Positions 8,889 to 17,771 of a stretch of 32,000 nt of DNA are shown here, piece after piece; the stretch's first letter is position 1; each line of letters starts with the position of its first letter. Origin of the DNA: Halomicrobium mukohataei DSM 12286 (lineage in GTDB: Archaea > Halobacteriota > Halobacteria > Halobacteriales > Haloarculaceae); contig NC_013202.1 in NCBI RefSeq assembly GCF_000023965.1, forward strand, positions 1,320,001 through 1,352,000, in the 5' to 3' direction. Under the pieces are notes generated by a model, which saw nothing but the letters and a program-made list of their open reading frames with translations, was not told the DNA's origin and made no database searches. The position numbers were made by a program, and so were the translations under genes.

Positions 8889-9959
8889 TCACTTTCCTGC
8901 CGTGTCGGTCCCGAAGCGCGTCACCTTCGCCGCCGGTACTCGAACTGTCACCGTCGTACCCAGCGGCGGCGGCTCGGCCTGGCGCTCGACGACGACCGTC
9001 TCGTCGGTCGGGAGGGTGACCGACACGTCGTAGCGCGACCCCCGGTCCGTGACGTGGCTCACCGCCCCGCTCAGCGTCGGGGCCGTGTCGGTGCCGTCCG
9101 ACTCGGCCAGCGTCAGATCCGCCGGGCGGACGTGACACGACACCGAGGCCCCGGCCGGTCTGTCGCTCCGGGCCTCCGGCAGCGTCAGCGTCTGCTCGCC
9201 GACCGCGAGCACGAGCGGCTCCGGTTCGACGACGGTCGCCTCGACGGCGTTCGACCGTCCGAGAAACGACGCGACGAACGGCGTGGGGGGCGACCCGTAC
9301 AGCGCCCGCGGCGTGTCGACTCCCGCGATCGCGCCCTCGTTCATGACGACGAGTCGATCCGCGAGCGCCATCGCGTCCGCCTGGTCGTGGGTGACAAACA
9401 GCGTCGTGACGCCGGTCTCTCGCTGGATGTGACCGATCGCCCGCCGCAGCTCCTCGCGGAGGCTGCGGTCCAGTGCCGACAGCGGCTCGTCGAGCAACAG
9501 CACGTCCGGCTCCGGTGCCAGCGCCCGTGCCAGCTCCACGCGGCGCTTCTGGCCGCCGCTCAGTTCGGCGGGGTAGGCGTCGCGCCGCGAGGCAAGCGAG
9601 ATCAGTTCGAGGTGAGTCTCGACGAGTTCGTCGATTCGCGAGCGTTCGATCTCGCGTGCTTCGAGCCCGTAGGCCACGTTCTCGCCGACGGTCATGTGCG
9701 GGTACAGCGTCGGCTCCTGGAAGACGACACTCACCCGTCGGCGTTCGGGCGGCTGCCGGGTCACGTCCTCGCCGCGCAGCCAGATTCGGCCCGCGGCCGG
9801 GCGGAGGTGGCCGGCGATCGCCTGGACGATCGTCGTCTTGCCACAGCCACTCGGCCCGAGCAGCCCGACGATCTCACCGTCTGCCAGCGAGAACGACACG
9901 TCCTCGACGGCCGTCTTCGACCCGTAGCGATGCGTGAGGCCGCTGACTTCGAGAGTCAT
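8889..9959 (-). CDS. wtpC: ABC transporter ATP-binding protein with a TOBE-like C-terminal domain (molybdate/tungstate type)
   Basis: Walker A GPSGCGKTT, signature LSGGQKRRV, Walker B LLLDEPLSALD. It has a ~110-aa C-terminal extension and overlaps the permease gene by 4 nt. Confidence 0.88.
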   Translation of the reverse strand: MTLEVSGLTHRYGSKTAVEDVSFSLADGEIVGLLGPSGCGKTTIVQAIAGHLRPAAGRIWLRGEDVTRQPPERRRVSVVFQEPTLYPHMTVGENVAYGLEAREIERSRIDELVETHLELISLASRRDAYPAELSGGQKRRVELARALAPEPDVLLLDEPLSALDRSLREELRRAIGHIQRETGVTTLFVTHDQADAMALADRLVVMNEGAIAGVDTPRALYGSPPTPFVASFLGRSNAVEATVVEPEPLVLAVGEQTLTLPEARSDRPAGASVSCHVRPADLTLAESDGTDTAPTLSGAVSHVTDRGSRYDVSVTLPTDETVVVERQAEPPPLGTTVTVRVPAAKVTRFGTDTAGK

Positions 9960-10762
9960 CCGTCGACCACCGTCGGAACGTATCCGAGCCGCTGGACCGT
10001 GGTGACGACGACGACCGTGATGGCGAGCAACGCCAGCGCGAGCGGCACGATCGCGTCGATCCCCCCGGCGATGAACTCGACCCAGATCCGCGTCGGGATC
10101 GTCCGGGGGTTGTACGCGACCATCATCGTGGCACCGAACTCTCCGACCGCCCGCGCGAACGTGAGGACGACGCCCGCGACGATCGCGCCCCGTGCCAGCG
10201 GGAGCGAGACGTTCCAGAACGTCGCCAGCGGTCCGTACCCCAGCGAGCGCGACGCCTGTTCCAGTCGCTCGTCGACGGCACCGAAGCCGGCCCGCGCCGT
10301 GACGACGACGAAGGGGCCGGCGACGAACGTCTGGGCGAGGATCACGCCTGCGAGGCTGTCGGTCAGCGGGAGGCCCGCTGCCAGCGCCGCGCGGCCAAGC
10401 GGCGTGAAGCGCCCCACTGCCGTCAGGAGCATCGCGCCGCCGACCACCGGCGGCACGACCAGTGGCAGGACGACGACCCCCTCTATCAGGCGCTTCCCGC
10501 GGACGGACGTTCGGGCGAGCGCGTACGCCAGCGGGACGCCGAACAGCGTCGAAAACAGGGTCGCGACCGGGGCCGTCAGCAGCGAGTTCCGGATCGCGCT
10601 CCGCGCTGGCGGGGCCGACAGCCCGGCGACGACGTTCGACGTGCCAGTCTGTGAGAGGAAGGCCGCGAACGGCACGACGAAGTGGACGAGCAGGACACCG
10701 CCCAGTAGCGCCGGTACGAACCGTGTCGGCGTCCGAAGTCGTCGCGGGTCGAAGGCCCTCAC
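9956..10762 (-). CDS. wtpB: ABC transporter permease (ModB/WtpB-like)
   Basis: 268 aa and polytopic. It has 4-nt overlaps with both neighbouring genes. Confidence 0.85.
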   Translation of the reverse strand: MRAFDPRRLRTPTRFVPALLGGVLLVHFVVPFAAFLSQTGTSNVVAGLSAPPARSAIRNSLLTAPVATLFSTLFGVPLAYALARTSVRGKRLIEGVVVLPLVVPPVVGGAMLLTAVGRFTPLGRAALAAGLPLTDSLAGVILAQTFVAGPFVVVTARAGFGAVDERLEQASRSLGYGPLATFWNVSLPLARGAIVAGVVLTFARAVGEFGATMMVAYNPRTIPTRIWVEFIAGGIDAIVPLALALLAITVVVVTTVQRLGYVPTVVDG

Positions 10763-11703
10763 ACGTTCACCTCCGGGGGGACCGAGCCGTGCTCCCCCGG
10801 CAGTTGCTCGCCCACACGCAAGCCGGCGGCCGTCAGCACGGACGGATTCTCACAGAGGTACTGGACGAGTGCCCGCCCGCCGGCCGGATCGTCGGCGTCG
10901 TCACAGACGGTCGCACTGTAGAGGATCGGCCGACCCGTCGCGGTGTAGCCGTCGTCGGTCGTGTACGAGGCCGTCGCGTAGTGGTCGGCCAGCGCCGCGT
11001 TCGAAAAGTTGTAGCGGTCCGGAAACTCGACGAAGGGCAGCCCGCGGTCGGCGGCCATGTTCTGGTAGACGACTGCGCCCGCACGAGACCCCGTTTCGAC
11101 GCCCGCGAGCAGCTGTGGCTCGTCGGGCTCGGTGTACAGCCGCGGGACCACCCGCTCGCGAAAGCCGTCGAGGTCGTGTGCCCGCTGTGCGAGTTCGAAC
11201 GCCTGGAGCGCGCGATAGCCCAGCGGATCCAGCTCCGGATCGCCGATCGCGATGGCACCGTCGTCGGCGCCACCGACGACCTCGTACCACGGGGTGCCGG
11301 CCGCAAGCTGTTCGCCCGGCTCCGTCGCCTCGTCGTAGCACAGCCCCAGGCTGTTCGCCGCGAAGGTCACGTCCCAGTCCGTGGCCACCCCGTACAGTCG
11401 GTCCCGGAGGAGCGTCGCGTCGGCGCTGACGACGGCGTCGGGGCGCTCGACGCCCTCCTGAACCATCCGCATCACGGCGTTGGACCCGTGGTACTCGCCG
11501 TGGATCGCCCGCCCCGTCTGCTCTCTGAACGCCGGGCCGACGTGTCGCTCGACGGTGCGGGCGAGGCTGCCGGCACACAGCAGGCTGACTGGGCCGCTTT
11601 CCGTTCCCGTGACGCCGGTACACCCCGCGAGCGCCCCGACGCCGACGGTCCCGATCGCGGTCAGGAACCCCCGACGGGTGACTGCAGCCCTGGTGTGTCC
11701 CAT
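10759..11703 (-). CDS. wtpA: periplasmic-type substrate-binding lipoprotein, WtpA-like molybdate/tungstate binding
   Basis: The start MGHTRAAVTRRGFLTAIGTVGVGALAGC has a Tat signal plus lipobox. It also contains CAGSL, GDPELDPLGYRA and VETGSRAGAVVYQNMA, which resemble archaeal WtpA. The longer track ORF upstream is Ser/Thr/Arg-rich and not protein-like. Confidence 0.8.
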   Translation of the reverse strand: MGHTRAAVTRRGFLTAIGTVGVGALAGCTGVTGTESGPVSLLCAGSLARTVERHVGPAFREQTGRAIHGEYHGSNAVMRMVQEGVERPDAVVSADATLLRDRLYGVATDWDVTFAANSLGLCYDEATEPGEQLAAGTPWYEVVGGADDGAIAIGDPELDPLGYRALQAFELAQRAHDLDGFRERVVPRLYTEPDEPQLLAGVETGSRAGAVVYQNMAADRGLPFVEFPDRYNFSNAALADHYATASYTTDDGYTATGRPILYSATVCDDADDPAGGRALVQYLCENPSVLTAAGLRVGEQLPGEHGSVPPEVNV

Positions 11704-11753
11704 CGTTATATCACTCCCAACATAACGGGGTTGTGCTGAGTACAACATAACGG
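11702..11753. promoter_or_regulatory. divergent wtpA / modE-like promoter region with ATAACG repeats (candidate ModE-type operator)
   Basis: ATCGTTATAT sits at 11702-11711. The 11-mer CAACATAACGG occurs twice, at 11718-11728 and 11743-11753. CGTTAT (11704-11709) and ATAACG (11722-11727) form an inverted pair. Confidence 0.35.
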
Positions 11754-11782
11754 TTTTGCTCGCTCCGTCCGTCGGCGTGCGT

Positions 11783-12496
11783 ATGGACACGGACGTGGCC
11801 GTCTCGCTGACTGCCGATGGGGTGACCGTCGACGCGTCGGACGCGGCGCTGTTGCGGGCCGTCGACAGCGAGGGATCGCTGAACGCGGCCGCCACTGCGC
11901 TCGGCCGTTCGTACTCTCGGGCCCACAAGCGCCTGACAGTCCTGGAAGAGACGCTGGGCTCGCTCGTCGAGCGCGAACGCGGGGGAGAGGGCGGCGGTGG
12001 GAGCGTCCTCACCGACCGGGGCCGCGAACTGCTGACGCAGTTCGCCCGCGTCCACACCGTGGTTTCGGGAACGGCCGCCGCGGACGTGATCGCGCTCTCT
12101 GGCACCGTTCGCGAGCGATCGGGACGGCTGGTGACCGCCGAGAGTCCGGCGGGCGAGTTGCACGCGATCGTCGTCGGCGGGGACCGGGACCCGTCGGTCG
12201 ACACCGGCGACGACGTGACGGTGACGCTGACCGCCGACGCCGTGACACTCCAGGAGCCAGACGCCACTCTCTCGGCCACCCGGACGAGTGCCCGCAACCG
12301 ACTGCGCGGAACGGTGACGGCCGTCGACGAGCGCGACGGCGTCGCGACGATCACCGTCGACGTCGGAGCGGCGACGCCCATCCCGGTACTGGTCACGGCG
12401 GCGAGTCGAGCACGCCTCGATCTGGAACCGGGCGATCCCGTCGTGGCGACGTTCAAAGCGACGGCCGCCAGAGTGACGCGGCTCTCCGAGGAGTGA
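11783..12496 (+). CDS. ModE-like molybdenum-responsive transcriptional regulator (N-terminal HTH plus TOBE domains)
   Basis: The HTH region reads LLRAVDSEGSLNAAATALGRSYSRAHKRLTVLEETLG. The C-terminal TOBE-like region reads SARNRLRGTVTAVDERDGVATITVDVG...VATFKATA. I prefer the ATG at 11783 to the TTG at 11756. Confidence 0.8.
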   Translation: MDTDVAVSLTADGVTVDASDAALLRAVDSEGSLNAAATALGRSYSRAHKRLTVLEETLGSLVERERGGEGGGGSVLTDRGRELLTQFARVHTVVSGTAAADVIALSGTVRERSGRLVTAESPAGELHAIVVGGDRDPSVDTGDDVTVTLTADAVTLQEPDATLSATRTSARNRLRGTVTAVDERDGVATITVDVGAATPIPVLVTAASRARLDLEPGDPVVATFKATAARVTRLSEE

Positions 12497-12588
12497 GCCT
12501 GCCGGCCGTCACCGTTCTCGCCGTCGGCGTCTCGCGAACCACGCGACCGACCTGAATCTTTTTCATGTCACAAGTTCACACAGTACAC

Positions 12589-12819
12589 ATGGTCAGTGCA
12601 TTCATCATGATCAAGAGTTCGGCCGGCAAGTCCGAGGGGCTGCTCTCGGAGATTCGCGGTCACGACGGCGTCGGCGAGGCCCACATCGTCGCCGGCAACT
12701 ACGACATCATCGCCGAAGCGGCCGGCGAGGAAGTGTACGACGTGATGCACACCGTCGCGACGCGGATCCGGGACCTCGACGGCGTCGTCGACACGCGGAC
12801 CTACATCTGCATGGAGTGA
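12589..12819 (+). CDS. stand-alone Lrp/AsnC ligand-binding (RAM) domain protein
   Basis: MVSAFIMIKSSAGKSEGLLSEIRGHDGVGEAHIVAGNYDIIAEA... is the typical ~75-aa haloarchaeal RAM-domain protein. An alternative ATG lies at 12565. Confidence 0.8.
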   Translation: MVSAFIMIKSSAGKSEGLLSEIRGHDGVGEAHIVAGNYDIIAEAAGEEVYDVMHTVATRIRDLDGVVDTRTYICME

Positions 12820-12899
12820 TACGGACAGTTGTAGGTCTTTACCAGATCGACCGCACGCCGTCGTGCGATCGACTGGGTAAACGCCTACAACCGTCCGTA
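12820..12899. mobile_element. type-A palindromic MITE-like element (80 bp) flanked by direct TGA/TGA
   Basis: Ends are TACGGACAGTTGTAGG...CCTACAACCGTCCGTA. By hand pairing, 31 of 38 arm positions are Watson-Crick. Flanks are TGA at 12817-12819 (a stop codon) and TGA at 12900-12902. Confidence 0.55.
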
Positions 12900-12958
12900 T
12901 GACGCCGCGTCTCGCGGCGTCCCGATACTGCAAAGCGTCTCGACTCCCTAGCCCGACC

Positions 12959-13282
12959 ATGGTCGCCGTCATCGATCTCGTCGGACTGCTGGTGATCGTG
13001 CTGGTCAACAGCGCCGTCACGGCGTTGATGACCCGGTTCTTCCGCGTGCGACTCGACACGCGCTGGGGGAGTGTCATCTACTCGCTACTGTTGTGTCCGG
13101 TCGCGCTGTTCGTCCTCCTGCTGGTGCTGTCGGGCGTGTTCAAGCTCGGCGGGAATCTCGGCAGCCGCGCGCTCGTGGTGTTGGCGACGATCTTCTTCCC
13201 GCTGGGGCTGGGACTCACCTTCGATTACGTCTGGATGCCGGCCCCCGACGAGGTAGAGCTCCCGGAGACGATGCGACAGTAG
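12959..13282 (+). CDS. small integral membrane protein (3 TM helices)
   Basis: Begins MVAVIDLVGLLVIVLVNSAVTALM and is hydrophobic throughout. The upstream in-frame ATG at 12899 lies inside the palindromic element, so I did not use it. Confidence 0.6.
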   Translation: MVAVIDLVGLLVIVLVNSAVTALMTRFFRVRLDTRWGSVIYSLLLCPVALFVLLLVLSGVFKLGGNLGSRALVVLATIFFPLGLGLTFDYVWMPAPDEVELPETMRQ

Positions 13283-13356
13283 TGTTCTGGGCGGTCGCGG
13301 CGTTCGCTCGTTCGTCGGGACCGATCACGCCGCCCGGTCGAGGAGATGCCGCCGGA

Positions 13357-14277
13357 TCAGTTCGCGGCCTCGGCGGCGATGCCGAGGTACTCGCCAAGCG
13401 TCGTCAGCTCGCTCTCCTCGACGCCGAACCGCTCGACGTCGTTGTCGTCGGTCGTGTTGTCGAAGTTCAGTGATCGGTACTGATCGCCGCCCATGGGGAA
13501 GCCGGGGACGAAGCCGAGCGTCTTCAGCCCGATCCCGGCAAGCGCCATCGGGAGCCCGACGATGGTGACCGAGCCGTCCGCGGCTTCGTAGACCTGTTCG
13601 GTCACTTCTCGCAGCGTCAGGACCTCGGGGCCACCGAGTTCGTAGACCTCGCCGACGTATTCGGCCTCCGTGAGCGCGTCGGCCAGCATCGGCACGAGGT
13701 CGCCGACCCAGATTGGCTGGAACCGCGTCTGCTTGCCGCCGCCGGGCAGCGGGTAGATCGGGACGCCGGGCGCGAACATCCCCTTGAGCCGCTTGGTGAA
13801 CTGGACGAACTCGCCGCCGTCACCGAACACGACGGAGGGACGGACGATCACCCAGTCGAGCGACGAGTCGCGGACGATCTCTTCGGCCCGGCCCTTCGAA
13901 CGGATGTAGTGTGTCGCACCGTCGGCGTCGGCCCCGAGTGCGCTCATCTGGACGAACCGCTCGACGCCGTGTTCCTCGGCTGCGCGCACGCAGTGTTCCG
14001 TCCCACCGCGGTGGACGCGGTCGTGCATCTCGTTGCCCCCGGACGGCTTGAACAGCGGCGACAGCGCCACGAGGTTGATCGCGGCGTCCTGTCCCTCGAA
14101 CGCGCCCTCGATGCTGTCGTAGTCGGTCACGTCGCCCGCGACGGTCGTCGCCTGTGTGGGTAGGTCGGCGGCGTCGGGTGAGCGTGCCAGCACCGTCACG
14201 TCGTGGCCGCGATCCACCAGCGCCGTACAGAGATTCGTCCCGATGAAGCCACTCCCGCCGACGAGCAGTACGTTCAT
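13357..14277 (-). CDS. NAD(P)-binding epimerase/dehydratase-fold protein (complex I NDUFA9-like family)
   Basis: The N-terminus MNVLLVGGSGFIGTNL is a Rossmann GxxGxxG motif. I chose the start at 14277 because a TATA-like sequence lies about 28 nt upstream. Confidence 0.85.
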   Translation of the reverse strand: MNVLLVGGSGFIGTNLCTALVDRGHDVTVLARSPDAADLPTQATTVAGDVTDYDSIEGAFEGQDAAINLVALSPLFKPSGGNEMHDRVHRGGTEHCVRAAEEHGVERFVQMSALGADADGATHYIRSKGRAEEIVRDSSLDWVIVRPSVVFGDGGEFVQFTKRLKGMFAPGVPIYPLPGGGKQTRFQPIWVGDLVPMLADALTEAEYVGEVYELGGPEVLTLREVTEQVYEAADGSVTIVGLPMALAGIGLKTLGFVPGFPMGGDQYRSLNFDNTTDDNDVERFGVEESELTTLGEYLGIAAEAAN

Positions 14278-14432
14278 ACCAGGTATATGACCGGGGACTG
14301 ATGTAAAGCTAGTGCGCACCCAGTTAGGACGCGCCGGCAGTGTCCTGACAGCCTGTCGAGTGGTCTCGGTGGCTCTGCCGAGGGCTCCGACCAGTCGGGG
14401 CGTTTACGTACGGGCGCGGCGACGGCCCGGGT

Positions 14433-15029
14433 ATGCTGCTCACGCTCGAAGGACTGGACGGCAGCGGGAAGACGACCGCGTGGGAGACGCTCCAGCGCCA
14501 CGCCGCCGTGCCCGACGACGCCGTCTTCACGCGCGAGCCGACGGAGTCGTGGTACGGCGAGGCCGTCCAGCGATCGATCGACGACGACGAGGCGGATTCG
14601 CTGGCGGAGCTGTTCCTCTATACGGCCGACCACGCCGACCACCTCGCGAACACGATCGAGCCGGCACTCGACGCCGGACGGCTCGTCGTCTCTGATCGGT
14701 ACTCGGATTCGCGCTACGCCTACCAGGGGGCGACTCTGAGCGACCGCCTCGACGACGCGCTCGGGTACGTCCGGGACGTACACGCGCCCTGGACCCGACC
14801 GCCGGACGCGACGATCTACCTCGACGTGGACGCCGAGACCGCCGCCGAGCGCAGCGGCGCGACCAACAAGTTCGAGACCGCCGACTACCTCGCGGACGTA
14901 CGCGAGAACTACGAGCGCCTGATCGCGGCCGAGCCCGAGCGGTTCGTCCGCATCGACGCCACCCGGCCCGAGCGGGCCGTCCGGGCGGCCATCGAGGAGG
15001 CCGTCGACGAACTCCTGTCCGGAGCGTGA
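14433..15029 (+). CDS. tmk: dTMP (thymidylate) kinase
   Basis: [15 protein letters not shown] (P-loop) and [17 protein letters not shown]-like GTTTACGT lies about 27 nt upstream. Confidence 0.92.
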   Translation: MLLTLEGLDGSGKTTAWETLQRHAAVPDDAVFTREPTESWYGEAVQRSIDDDEADSLAELFLYTADHADHLANTIEPALDAGRLVVSDRYSDSRYAYQGATLSDRLDDALGYVRDVHAPWTRPPDATIYLDVDAETAAERSGATNKFETADYLADVRENYERLIAAEPERFVRIDATRPERAVRAAIEEAVDELLSGA

Positions 15030-15173
15030 CGCCTCTCCAGTGGCTCGACCAGTCGCCGTCGCGTGGTGTCGCCACGAACTGTCGATAGAACAACTATATC
15101 GTATTCGATATCCTGGCAAAAGGCTTATGCCTGCTTTCCTACTTTCCCTCTTCAAGCGGAGTCTCACCAAGCA

Positions 15174-16358
15174 ATGAAACTCGCGATGATCGGCTTCGGG
15201 CAGGCCGGCGGTAAAATCGTCGACAAGTTCCTCGAATACGACGAACGGACCAACTCCGGTATCGTCCGTTCGGCGGTCGCGGTGAACACGGCGAAAGCGG
15301 ACCTGCTCGGCCTCGAGAACATATCACAGGAGAATCGAGTCCTGATCGGACAGGCGCGCGTCAAGGGACACGGCGTCGGTGCCGACAACGAACTCGGCGC
15401 GGAGATCGCCGAGGAGGACATCGACGAGATCCAGGGCGCGATCGACAGCATCCCGGTCCACGAGATCGACGGCTTCCTCGTCGTCTCCGGACTCGGCGGT
15501 GGCACCGGCTCGGGCGGCTCGCCGGTCATCGCGAAACACCTCAAGCGCATCTACACCGAACCCGTCTACGGGCTCGGCGTGTTGCCGGGCAGCGACGAGG
15601 GGGGTATCTACACCCTCAACGCCGCCCGATCGTTCCAGACGTTCGTCCGTGAGGTGGACAACCTGCTCGTCTTCGACAACGACGCCTGGCGCAAGACCGG
15701 CGAGTCCGTCGAGGGTGGCTACGACCACATCAACGAGGAGATCGTCAGACGCTTCGGCGTCCTCTTCGGTGCGGGCGAGATCGGCGACGGCGACAACGTC
15801 GCAGAGAGCGTCGTCGACTCCTCGGAGATCATCAACACGCTTTCGGGCGGTGGCGTCTCGACGGTCGGGTACGCCTCCGAGGACGTGGAGATGTCGTCAA
15901 GCAGCGGTGGCGGCCTGCTGTCGCGGTTCTCCAGTGGCAGCGACGATAGCAACGACATGGACACCGCCAACACGACCAACCGGATCACCTCCCTGGTCCG
16001 GAAGGCGGCGCTCGGTCGGCTGACACTGCCCTGCGAGATCGACGGTGCCGAGCGTGCGCTGCTCGTGATGGCCGGCCCCTCTGCCCACCTCAACCGGAAA
16101 GGCATCGAGCGCGGGCGCAAGTGGCTCGAGGAGCAGACCGGCAGCATGGAGGTCCGTGGCGGGGACTACCCGACCAACGAGCCCCGCGTCGCCGCCGCGG
16201 TGCTTCTGTCGGGCGTCCACAACGTGCCCCGCATCAAGGAGCTCCAGCAGGTGGCAATCGAGGCACAGGACAACATCGACGACATCCGCCAGGAGAGCGA
16301 AGATAACTTAGATCAGTTGGTCGAAGACGACGATGATGAACTTGACCCGCTGTTCTAA
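15174..16358 (+). CDS. cetZ: CetZ-type tubulin/FtsZ-superfamily protein (CetZ1-like)
   Basis: MKLAMIGFGQAGGKIVDKF, the tubulin signature GLGGGTGSG, and an acidic C-terminal tail. As I recall it, the downstream order cofC-cofG matches the Haloferax cetZ1 neighbourhood. Confidence 0.92.
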   Translation: MKLAMIGFGQAGGKIVDKFLEYDERTNSGIVRSAVAVNTAKADLLGLENISQENRVLIGQARVKGHGVGADNELGAEIAEEDIDEIQGAIDSIPVHEIDGFLVVSGLGGGTGSGGSPVIAKHLKRIYTEPVYGLGVLPGSDEGGIYTLNAARSFQTFVREVDNLLVFDNDAWRKTGESVEGGYDHINEEIVRRFGVLFGAGEIGDGDNVAESVVDSSEIINTLSGGGVSTVGYASEDVEMSSSSGGGLLSRFSSGSDDSNDMDTANTTNRITSLVRKAALGRLTLPCEIDGAERALLVMAGPSAHLNRKGIERGRKWLEEQTGSMEVRGGDYPTNEPRVAAAVLLSGVHNVPRIKELQQVAIEAQDNIDDIRQESEDNLDQLVEDDDDELDPLF

Positions 16359-17115
16359 GACTGCGGCTGCGCTGCTTTGCGTCGCGCTGCTGGTGACCGC
16401 GACGGGGACAGCCGCCGCTCTCACTCTCTCTTCGGATGGAGTGCCAAGCGAGGCACAGGTCGGTGAAGAGGTGTCGATGACCTACACGATCGACGATCCC
16501 TTCACCGACACGGCCAACGACTGGACGCTCGTCGCCGACACCGAACTCCAGAACGTCCGCTGGACCGTCACCGTCCTCAGGGCCGGCACGCCGGTCGAGG
16601 ACGGGGAGACGACCTACGGCGAACGGTCGTTCGAACAGGACCTGAGCGTCGACAACAACGGCGACGAGATCCAGATCGAACTGGTCGGTGAGGCACCGGC
16701 GGTCGAAAACTACAGCTACGACCCCGAACAGACGTTCACCGTCGCCGCGCTCGACCAGCGGACCGGCAGCAACACCGACGAGCTGGTCAACGACTCCGCC
16801 CACCACTACACGAGCGAGAGCCAAGCCGCTCGCGAGGCCATCGACGACGCCCAGAGCGCCATCGACGCCGCGGGTGGTCACCAGGAAGCCGAGGACCTGC
16901 TCGACAGTGCGATCTCGTCGTACGAGAACGAGAACTTCGAGAACGCACAGGAGCTTGCGACACAGTCTCAGAACGCCGCCGACTCCGCCCGGCAGTCCCA
17001 GCAGACGACCCAGATGATCCTGATGGGTGCCGGTGTGCTCGTCGTCTTGCTCCTGCTCGGCGGGGGCGTCTACTACTGGCAGTCCCAGCAGGGCGACGAC
17101 TTCTCGAAGCTGTAG
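16333..17115 (+). CDS. signal-peptide protein with a C-terminal TM anchor, function unknown
   Basis: The N-terminus MMNLTRCSKTAAALLCVALLVTATGTAAA is a signal peptide. The C-terminus ILMGAGVLVVLLLLGGGVYYW is a TM helix followed by a 13-aa tail. The start overlaps the last 26 nt of cetZ. Confidence 0.7.
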   Translation: MMNLTRCSKTAAALLCVALLVTATGTAAALTLSSDGVPSEAQVGEEVSMTYTIDDPFTDTANDWTLVADTELQNVRWTVTVLRAGTPVEDGETTYGERSFEQDLSVDNNGDEIQIELVGEAPAVENYSYDPEQTFTVAALDQRTGSNTDELVNDSAHHYTSESQAAREAIDDAQSAIDAAGGHQEAEDLLDSAISSYENENFENAQELATQSQNAADSARQSQQTTQMILMGAGVLVVLLLLGGGVYYWQSQQGDDFSKL

Positions 17116-17727
17116 ATGCGCGTCGTCGTCCCGTTTTCGGCGACCGAGCCCAAGACGCGACTTGCGCCCGTTCTCGACGCCGACGAGCGTCGCGCGTTCG
17201 CCCGCGTGATGCTCGCGGACGTGCTCGACGCGCTCGATACGGTCGGCGTCGACCCCACGGTCCTCGCGACTGAAGCGATCGATCTCGACCGGCCGGTGAC
17301 CGTCGACGACCGGCCGCTCGATGCGGCGATCAACGGTCTGCTCGCCGCGAGTGACGAGCCCGTCGCGGTCGTGATGGCCGACCTCGCCCTGGCGACCCCC
17401 GACGCGCTCGACCGGCTCTTCGCGGCCGAGGGAGACGTCGTCCTCGCTCCGGGCCGTGGCGGCGGGACGAACGCGTTCGTCGCACGCCACCCCGACTTCC
17501 GTGTCGACTACCACGACGCGTCGATCCGCGACCACCGCCGGATCGCCCGCGACGCCGGTGGGACGGTGACCGAGATCGACTCCTATCGCCTGAGTACCGA
17601 CGTAGACGAGCCGGCCGATCTCGCGGAGGTCCTGCTCCACGGCGAGGGGCGAGCGGCCGACTGGCTGCGAGGGGCGGGCGTCCAGCTGACCGTCGCCGAC
17701 GGGCGGACCACTGTCGAGCGACCCTGA
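17116..17727 (+). CDS. cofC: 2-phospho-L-lactate guanylyltransferase (F420 biosynthesis)
   Basis: [37 protein letters not shown]... and GGGTNAF; about 200 aa. It starts immediately after the upstream stop. Confidence 0.88.
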   Translation: MRVVVPFSATEPKTRLAPVLDADERRAFARVMLADVLDALDTVGVDPTVLATEAIDLDRPVTVDDRPLDAAINGLLAASDEPVAVVMADLALATPDALDRLFAAEGDVVLAPGRGGGTNAFVARHPDFRVDYHDASIRDHRRIARDAGGTVTEIDSYRLSTDVDEPADLAEVLLHGEGRAADWLRGAGVQLTVADGRTTVERP

Positions 17728-17771
17728 CCCGTCCGGAAGGACTTTTGCCCTCGCAGTTCCGAGACGGTGAC

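Noticed and set aside
9054-11429. 791-aa ORF on the plus strand. Similar long ORFs occur at 18942-21083 (+), 954-2072 (-), 2252-3376 (-), 16234-17640 (-), 17583-18827 (-), 19534-20961 (-) and 28116-29150 (-).
   Set aside because: All are antisense or off-frame to genes with clear catalytic motifs. Their translations are Arg/Pro/Gly/Ala-rich and basic, which is the usual shadow-ORF artefact of high-G+C DNA rather than acidic haloarchaeal protein.
12899-12958. An upstream ATG at 12899 extending the membrane protein by 20 residues.
   Set aside because: The ATG straddles the last base of the palindromic element and its flanking TGA (12900-12902). The extension (MTPRLAASRYCKASRLPSPT) is basic and unlike the rest of the protein, and the Met at 12959 starts directly at the first TM helix.
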